Positions 55,559 through 64,000 of a stretch of DNA of 64,000 bases are shown piece by piece. The notes below the pieces were generated by a model. It was given only the letters and a program-made list of their open reading frames with translations, made no database searches and was not told the origin of the DNA. Where the stretch lies: the NCBI GenBank assembly GCA_963787255.1, contig CAWBCJ010000029.1, positions 512,001 to 576,000 on the forward strand, in the 5' to 3' direction. The translations under genes were made by a program, and so were the position numbers. How positions within the stretch are numbered: the first letter of the stretch is position 1; each line of letters begins with the position of its first letter. The stretch is from Methanobacteriota archaeon (lineage in GTDB: Archaea > Methanobacteriota > Methanobacteria > Methanobacteriales > Methanobacteriaceae).

Positions 55559-55948
55559 ATGAGTGCATTATTGACTTATGTGATTCCTGAAGGTGTGGAG
55601 TTTGCTGGTGCAAATGTAGATCAAGGAACATGGACTTACAATGCAACTACAAGAACTTTAACCTGGAATTTAGGTGATGTTGCAGTTGGTGATCCGTACT
55701 TATGGTTGGATTTGAACATATTAAGTGCTGGAACCTTCAACATAAACCCTATAGTTACAGTTTCAGGTCAAAATATAGGATCAGAAGGTAATATTGGTTC
55801 TTTGATTGTGAATGCAGTTTCAGCAACAAGCACAGTAAATGCACAAACTAATACCATACCTATGCAGTCTACTGGTGTACCTTTAACAGGCTTAATTATG
55901 AGCCTATTACTAGTTGGTAGCGGTTTAGCTTTAGGTAGAAGAAAATAA
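55559..55948 (+). pseudogene. 5'-truncated adhesin C-terminus (partial DUF11, IPMQSTG, TM, basic tail)
   Basis: Starts mid-domain with no signal peptide. Confidence 0.65.
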
Positions 55949-56187
55949 ACACTTTATTTTTCCCTTTTTTCATTTTTTGGATTTTTTTAGGATTCTATCT
56001 GGTATTTTTACTGAAAAACTACTTATTAATTTAAAGAATTTAACTTGTAATATTTTAATCATCATTTGTGAGATTAAACAAAATGTATTTTTAGAAAATG
56101 TTTTTATATAGAACTTATTATATTGAAATGTAGACTTTAACACATCGATTAATATATTCATTAAAAATATTCGGAGGCGAATAAGGT

Positions 56188-59100
56188 TTGACAAAATATC
56201 CAATTTTGCTGGTACTAATATTTACTTTGGTACTTGTTATTTGTGGAAGCGCATCAGCGGTTGATCAAACGATTATACCATCATGTGCTGATTCAAATTT
56301 AACGGTGTCAAATGATGCAGGTGCAAGATTCGATGCTTTATGGTAATGATTCTTATAATTTTTTTAATTCTTCAAGTCAGAGTGCAACACAGGGACAAAA
56401 TGCTCTGCATATAACCACAAGCAATACCAGCACTGCTGGAAATGTTGACATTTACCACTAATCAATCAGGTACATTTTATTTTAGTGATACTGGTGGCCG
56501 TGGATGGAATGATAATGGTATATTAATGATTGCAATTAATGGGACAATTCCAGATAATTTCTGGATTCATATAACTGCAAGTGGGTATCAATGGACTCCT
56601 TTATATTATACTGAATATCCTGATATTTGCTAACCTTACTTATGTTATCAGGGTCTAGTCAATGAGACCTTTACAAAGGATGATTTTTTATACGGTCCAC
56701 AGATCTGGAAACCATGTCCAGCTAATAATTATCCTATATTTGCAGGTCAGGATATGAGTAACACCACAAATACATTTAACATGATGTTTATTGATCTGTG
56801 GGCAGGTTTATTGGGACCCAATGCAGGTTATTCTAACACGTTAATCGATAATGGAATGATTAAAATCAATTATGAAATTTACAACCTTCCTGAAGGTTCT
56901 CTTGCTGCATTTAATGCTTATACATACTGTCAAAGTTCAAAGCAGGGTGAAGGTGTTCGATGGGGTAATCGTGTAACTGATTCAGGATACAATGTCTACT
57001 GGATTTAATTATCCTCCTGTTGCAGATTTTTCTGCTAAGTGCAACCAGAGGAACTAGTTCCTCTGACAGTTCAATTCACTGACAGGATCAACTGGAACAA
57101 AACCAATCTCATATGCATGGGATTTAACGGTGATGGATCATAGACAGTCAACCGAGCAAAACCCAACTCATACTTACTACTACTGCTGGTACTTACACAG
57201 TTAAATTAACAGTAACCAACGTTGCAGAGCAGCAATGAAAAAACAATTACCATTACTACCAGTGATGGGTGACATTGTAGCTCCAACACCATCAGCAAAC
57301 TTGCCAAGTGGATCATATAATACTGATAAAACTGTTAATTTAAGTGCTACTGATGATTGGGATTCTAATCCCAAAATATACTACACTTTAGATGGAACTA
57401 ATCCAACAATAAGCAGTACACTTTATACTGGGCCAATTAATATTAATGGTGAAGGAACCAAAACTTTGAAGTTTATTGCAGTTGATGCTGCAGGAAATAT
57501 CTCAGATCCTGTTACAAGAACTTATACCATTGATAAAACATCCCCAACAGCAGCAGCTGATCCCGTTGGAGGTACTTATAATATTGTTAAATCTATAACT
57601 TTAACTGCAACAGATGCAAATCCTACTACAATTTATTACACCACTGATGGAAGCGATCCAAGGTCAAGCAGCACAAGAAGCGTTTATTCTGGTCCAATCA
57701 CAATTAATAAGACTACAAATCTTGGATTTGCCGCTGTTGATGATGCAGGCAACTGGAGTCCATTTTATAATGTAACTTATAATATGGTTGATATTGCAGC
57801 ACCCATACCTTCAGCAGACTTGCCAAACGGCTCATACAATAGTGATAAGGTTGTTAAATTAGGTGCAGTTGATGAATTAGACCCTAATCCTAAAATATAC
57901 TACACTTTAGATGGAAATAATCCTACAACAAATAGTACACTTTATAATTGGCCAATAAGTATTAATCTTGTGGGAACTACAATTTTGAAGTTTATTGCAG
58001 TTGATGCTGCTGGACATATTTCAAATGTGTTTACAAGAATTTATGTATTGGATAAGCCAGGGGCAAGTGGTACCTGGAATAGTACAACACTAGATACAAA
58101 CAGTATGTACAACTCTATTGCTGTTGATGCATCCGGTAACCCCCATATAGCTTATTATCAGAAGGCAGAATCTGCAGAGGAATATCCGGAACTTAAGTAT
58201 GCTTATAAAGATCCGAGTGGATGGCATATAGAAACTTTAGAAACAACCCAATCTGGTTCTGGTTATTATGTTTCCCTTGCATTGGATTCATTAGGTAATC
58301 CACACATCGCTTACAGCCAAAGTACTCCAGATAAGCTTAAATATGCATATAAAGATGCATCAGGATGGCATTTCTTTGATTTAGTTAATAATACTGACGT
58401 TTCATATGTTAATTTAGCTCTGTATCAGGATCAACCCAGAATCAGCTACTTTGAAAATACAGAAGAAAGACTCAAATACATGTATTATAATGGTACAACA
58501 TGGATTTCAGAGTATGTTACTCCTAGTGCAACATATGGGCACTGGAATTCTCTTGCATTAAATTCTAATGGTAATCCTAGAATCAGTTACTATGCTTTCG
58601 ATGTTTCAACGTTATCTGGTGTCTTAATGTACGCTAAAAGGACACCAACAGGTTCATGGCAAATTACAACTGTAGATGATTCTGGCGATGTGGGTATGTG
58701 GAATTCTATAGTAACTGATTCGTTAGGTAATCCTAGAATTAGTTATGGTACAAGTAATGGTGGATTAAAATATGCTTACTGGAGTGAAGCAACATGGATT
58801 ATAGAAACTGTTGATAATTTAAAATCAGAAGCCATTAAACTGGTATTAGATCAATCAGGTAATCCTAGAATAGTATATCAGGACTTTAATTCTGGTAACT
58901 TTAAATATGCTTACAAGGACGGTTCAACCTGGTTTATAAGTAATATAGACACTATTGATGGTGTAGGGCACTGGATTTCTCTTACTATGAGTCCATTAGG
59001 AATTCCAAGTGTAAGTTATATGTCTGCAAATTCAGGTTTGAAATACGCAAATCTTGTTCCTTTCACTGTCAGTGCTGATCCAACTGGTGGAAGTTATGAA

Positions 59101-60971
59101 CTGGTGCAAAAAGTAAATTTAACAGCAACCAGTGGAACAACAATATATTACACTGTTGATGGAACTGATCCAAGAATAAGCAGCTCAAAAATAAAATATG
59201 AGGGTTCAATTTCTGTAAATAATACAACTACAATTAAATTCGCAGCTGTTGACTCTGCAAGTAACTGGAGCAATGTTTATATTGAAACATACTCTATAAC
59301 AGACGTTACAGGTCCAACAGTAACCGCTAATCCTGTTGGTGGAACATTTAACGCGTCAACATCAGTATCATTGATTACTACTGATGTTAATCCAACAAAA
59401 ACGTATTATACTACTGATGGAAGCAATCCAAAAACAAGTAACACCAAAAAGGAATATACAGGTCCAATTGCAATAAGCAGTACAATAACACTACGATTTG
59501 CAGCAGTGGATGCTGTTGGTAATTGGGGTCAAGTCTACAATGAAACATATACAATTAATATCCCAGCATTCAGTGTATCTCAAATAGAAAATGCTGCTTC
59601 AACCGTAAGGAATTATATTGAGACTTATCATAAACTTCCAGATACTGTTAATGTTTCTGGAACTGAAATAAGTACTTCTCAATTCTTAGAACTACTAACC
59701 ACTGCATTATTGCAAATAAATAGCGGAACAAGTGATTTAATACAATTAAAATCATTTACTGCACCTGTAAATCCAAAAGAAGACATACACACAGGAAACA
59801 TTTATAAAGCTGAATACATGAAGCTTGCAGGTGATATTAAGAGTTATATGGATTCTACTGGTAAATCTCCGGATTATGCGTATGGTACAAGTATCGGGCC
59901 TTACCTACGATTCGAGAGTTTGGTTTACATGTATACTATGATTCTTGATTACCATAGAACCAGTGGAAATATAGCAGGTTGGGCTGCAATGGAGCCATGG
60001 AGTGTTATAACTTCAAAACCATTTGTTGACCCTAATGCACCTAAATTCACTGTATCTCAAATAGAAAATGCTGCATCTACTGTGAGGGCTTGTGTTGAGA
60101 CTTATCATAAACTTCCAAGTACTGTACAGATCGGTTCTAGTGATGTAAGCATGCCACAGTTCTTAGAATTATTAACCACAGCATTACTGCAAATTAACAG
60201 CGGAAACAATAACACAATAATACTAAGGAACTTTACAGATCCTGTAAATCCAAAAGAGAATATACATGTAGGTAACATTTATAAAGCTGAATATATGAAA
60301 CTAGCAAGTGATATTAAGAGTTATATGGATTCTACTGGTAAGACTCCTGATTATGCGTACGGAACAAGTATTGGACCTTATCTAAGATTTGAGAATATTG
60401 TTTACATGTACAGTATGATTTTGGATTATCATAGTACCAGTGGTAGGATGGCTGATTGGGCTGGAATGGAACCATGGAGCGCTATAACTTCGAAACCATT
60501 TGTGGATCCTAATGCGCCTAAATTTAGTGTAGATCAAATTAAAGTTGCCGCAAGTACTGTAAGAGGTTAAATTGAGTCTAATCATAAGTTACCAAGTAAT
60601 GTGCACAATTAATGGAACAGATGTAACATTGTCACAGTTCTTAGAACTACTAACTACAGCATTATTACAAATTAACAGCGGAAACAATAACACAATAATA
60701 CTAAGGAACTTTACTGCACCTGTAAACCCAAAAGAAAGCATAAATGCAGGAAACATCTATAAAGCAGAGTACTTGAAGATTGCAAGCGATATCAAAAACT
60801 ACATGGACAATACAGTGGTAAAACACCAGATTACGCGTACATGAACAAGCATCGGACCTTATTTAAGATTCGAAAACATGGTTTACATGTATAGTATGAT
60901 TTTAGATTACCACAACACTAGTGGTAAGGTGGCTGATTGGGCTAGGAATGAAACCATGGGCAATAATTTAG
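56188..60971 (+). CDS. Large cell-surface protein: signal peptide, N-terminal domain, PKD, five chitobiase/Fn3-like repeats, beta-propeller, three pseudomurein-binding units; multiple indels
   Basis: TTG start MTKYPILLVLIFTLVLVICGSASA; five YYT.DG..P repeats; D..GNP.I.Y...LKYA blades; QFLELLTTALL PMBR-like units; stop at 60971. Confidence 0.8.
59569..60971 (+). repeat. Three tandem 477-bp coding repeats
   Basis: Units start at 59569, 60046 and 60523. Confidence 0.85.
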
Positions 60972-61383
60972 AAATTTGAGGTTAAATTAGTGGATGGGCA
61001 GGCTAAATTAAAAATCAAATGGGTGTAATTGAACTTGAGATTAAATCTGGAATTAAGAGTTAGTATATACAATCTAAATATGCAGGGCATTATGAATGTA
61101 TTTAGTAAACTAAATTTTATTGTCTAAATTTTTTAGACTTTTAGCATAAATTTGATTTTTTCAAAATGAAATTCGATATGTATATGTATGCACATATTAT
61201 ACTAAGAAATACATTATATGAATGATCTAGGCAAAATATGCAATATTTGGGTCTTATTATATAACATCGATTAATAAATGGTGATTTAAATAATTAGTGA
61301 ATTTAAGTTATTAGAAGTGATTAAACCATAATTAATAGCCGAATATAATCTCATAAATAACATATTTAAGAAAATAATACTGT

Positions 61384-62394
61384 GTGGAAAAAATGAAAGC
61401 AATGAAACTCATTATTCAATTATTATTGATGTTTGTATTGATATTTTCAATTATGGAACCATCATTTGCTGATGTAACTGTTGAAATTAGTCCTACTACA
61501 GCTCATGTAGGTGATACAGTTACTATTACAGTCACTGCAAGCAATGATTATTTACTAGATTTTTCCCCTGTAGTAGTCTATGCTCCAATACCTAATGGGT
61601 TACAATATTTGTCTCATGTAGTTCCAGATAGAACAAGACAAGATTATGATTATGGTTCTGGAATTTGGGATGTAAATAGGATGAGGCATGATGAAAGAGG
61701 TCATTTAAAATATTTAATAATAACAACCAAAGTATTGCCTCAAGTCTGCTGGTAAACCAATATATGCTGAGGCAAGGTTCGAAAGGTTAGTAATAGCGTT
61801 TACAGGTACAGATATAACAAGTTCGCAACCGAGAGCAAGATCAGATGTTTTGAATGTTTTCCCGAGCTCCGCGCCAGTTGCAAGTTTTACTGCAACACTA
61901 ACCACTGGAAATGCACCATTTATTGTGTATTTCACTGACACATCAAGCAATAATCCTACTAATTGGCTTTGGGATTTCGGTGATGGGACAACCAGTTCTC
62001 TTCAAAATCCACAACATAAGTACAGCACACCTGGAACTTATACTGTTAGATTAAATGCAAGTAACGATGTAGATTATGATATAGAAGAAAAAAGTAATTA
62101 CATTATCGTGAAAATCGCCCAGGAGATGGTGATGGTAATGGTGGTGGTAATGGTACTGGTCAGGGCCCTTTCAACGGTAGTGGCAATAACCTTATCGATG
62201 CTATGAAAAATTTCACTGCTTCAGGTGATCCTTTATCCAACTTGCAAAAAGGAGGAGGAGGAAATGGGAAAGCTTATGAAATTGAGGTTCCTCAAGCTCA
62301 AAACGATCCTTTAACTCCATATATTCTTGCTGTATTGTTAATAATTGGTTTAATACTCATAGGTTATTTCTATGGAATCGAAAATAGAAGATAA
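61384..62394 (+). CDS. Secreted DUF11 + PKD + Gly-rich linker protein with C-terminal TM, frameshifted
   Basis: Signal peptide; PIPNGLQY...GIWDV; WDFGDG; GDGDGNGGGNGTG; KAYEI followed by TM and GYF. Confidence 0.72.
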
Positions 62395-62480
62395 TGAGCG
62401 TATTCTCTAAATTTTAGATTATATAATTACAAAATAAAAATGAGCTCTCTAGACAATGATTTAATGAAAAGGTGAATCCA

Positions 62481-63126
62481 ATGGTAACTACTTCAATCAA
62501 TGAAATGTTCAACAGCGCGTTGCATTCAATTACTCAAATTCTTTTAATACCTGTAATGGTAGTTCTTGCAATCTTTTTTATATATGCTCTGATTAACATG
62601 GGTATTCTTATAGCAGAATATTACAAGACAGAGAAATAACCAAATTTGATATTAAACACTTTATTGGTCAGATTTTATCTTTAAAGGGTCAAAAAATCCT
62701 GATGAAATGATTAAGTGTAATTGAAACTGGCAGAAATTCCCAGAAGCCATAAAAATGTTCTTATAACTCTGGTAAAAAGTTCTAATATGAGTCCAGAATA
62801 TAGGGAATCTCTGGCATTAAAAATGGTTGAAGATGAGGGTATTAGTGTTTCTAAAAAACTAGAAAAAACTGATGTAATTGCTAAAATTTCTCCTGCAGTC
62901 GGTCTTATGGGAACTCTTATTCCTTTAGGGCCGGGACTTACGGCTTTAGGAGCTGGTGATATTCAAAATCTTGCACAGCACTTGCTAATAGCATTCGATG
63001 CAGCAGTATTAGGTATGGCTTCAGCAGCAATTGCATTTACTGTATCAAAAATTCGAGCGAAGATGGTACGAGGAAGAAATTTCAAACCTGGAAACAATGA
63101 TAGATACACTTCTGGAGATTTCATAA
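62481..63126 (+). CDS. MotA/TolQ/ExbB proton-channel family protein, frameshifted
   Basis: ATG 62481 after GGTGA; ISPAVGLMGTLIPLGPGL...AFDA...G; corrected tail RWYEEEI..LE. Confidence 0.85.
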
Positions 63127-63141
63127 TGTTGAAAAAAAGAG

Positions 63142-63480
63142 ATGCTGAAACGGAGAAAAGAATTTCTTTCCAGCGATGAAGAGATAGATCCAATGATTTA
63201 TGCTGTAAACATGGTAGACACCATGCTAGTACTTGCTGTCGGGTTCCTTATATTTACAATAATGTCTATGAGCATGCAAAGTGTTCTTTTCAACGATATG
63301 ACTCCTCAGGAAAAGACAGATTTAATTAAAACAATAAAACAAACAGTTGAAATTAAAATGGGTCAGGAGTTAAATGACACTCAAATCCAAAATTCATCTG
63401 GATCAAGCAATGGTATGGCCGAAATGGGAACGGTTTACAAAGACCCTAAAACGGGTAAATTAATTATGGTTCAAAATTAG
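63142..63480 (+). CDS. DUF2149 protein (ExbD/TolR-like single TM)
   Basis: DPM...VN.VD.MLV and G.VYKDP.TGK.I.V motifs. Confidence 0.85.
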   Translation: MLKRRKEFLSSDEEIDPMIYAVNMVDTMLVLAVGFLIFTIMSMSMQSVLFNDMTPQEKTDLIKTIKQTVEIKMGQELNDTQIQNSSGSSNGMAEMGTVYKDPKTGKLIMVQN

Positions 63481-63498
63481 CAGATTGGAGGTGTAAAA

Positions 63499-64000
63499 AT
63501 GATTTATGTTTGCGTTGATGATACCGATAATCTAAATTCAAGAGGCACAGGTAGACTTGCACGTGCAATTGCAGCAGAACTTTCAAAAAAATATCCAGTA
63601 TTGGGAGTTACCAGACATCAGCTTTTTGTGCATCCAGATATTCCATTTACATCTCATAACAGCTGTGCAGTAATTCATTTGATTTCAGACGATAAGGAAG
63701 GTATTGATGATATTTTTGAGATTGCTAAAAAGGAAATATATGATGATTTCATTGAAGGAAGTGATCCAGGACTTTCAGTAGCTCATGAAAGCCAGATTTC
63801 ACCTTCACTTATTGCCTATGCTAAGGACGCTAAAGACACGGTTTTAACACAAGAAAAAGCAAGAACTCTGGCTAAAAATCTTAATATTCGCCTTGAAGGT
63901 CTTGGCGGGACTGAAGATGGTGTAATAGGATCTATGGCAGGGTTGGGTTTGGCTTTTGCTGGAAATGATGGTAGATTTTTGCTTAAAGGAAGTATAAGGG
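63499..64000 (+). CDS. TiaS N-terminal-like (DUF1743) protein, runs off the window
   Basis: MIYVCVDDTD...RGTG...RHQLFVHPDIPFTSHNSC...EGSDPG...GVIG; GGAGGTG RBS. Confidence 0.7.
   Translation, partial: MIYVCVDDTDNLNSRGTGRLARAIAAELSKKYPVLGVTRHQLFVHPDIPFTSHNSCAVIHLISDDKEGIDDIFEIAKKEIYDDFIEGSDPGLSVAHESQISPSLIAYAKDAKDTVLTQEKARTLAKNLNIRLEGLGGTEDGVIGSMAGLGLAFAGNDGRFLLKGSIR

Noticed and set aside
55021-55948. DGR template/variable repeat pair
   Set aside because: Differences affect all bases and include indels, so they are not adenine-specific; no reverse transcriptase is present.
545-63193. Many antisense and overlapping ORFs in the ORF track
   Set aside because: Shadow frames of well-supported genes.
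1-64000. CRISPR array, tRNA/rRNA, IS elements or prophage
   Set aside because: No repeat-spacer periodicity, GC-rich structural RNA, transposase or integrase seen by eye.

Overview
AT-rich chromosome segment of a pseudomurein-walled methanogen, most likely Methanobacterium (PolD DP2, class I LysRS, AtwA/component A2, FwdH/F, pseudomurein-binding repeats, GGTGA ribosome-binding sites). From left to right: a sulfur-relay plus copper-export cluster (cysteine desulfurase, DsrE, TusA, YHS, CopA, CopB); a regulator and a His-less hybrid kinase; tandem membrane-protein paralogs; core genes (purB, secG, polC, nrdD, lysS, thiC); a UGSC-family redox pair; a NifX-like/DUF134/atwA unit with a repeated palindromic operator; and a large Mo/W island (ModE/LysR-type regulator, fdhD, mobB, orphan fwdHF, Mop, tupABC, MOT1, type II ABC importer). 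The last 12 kb hold the most interesting locus: a cell-wall-bound surface protein, a single-TM linker protein, an ExbB/MotA channel, an ExbD-like DUF2149 protein and a stand-alone TiaS-like protein. I saw no rRNA, tRNA, CRISPR array or transposase. Many indels after ~52 kb look like assembly errors. Family names come from motif recognition, not from searches.
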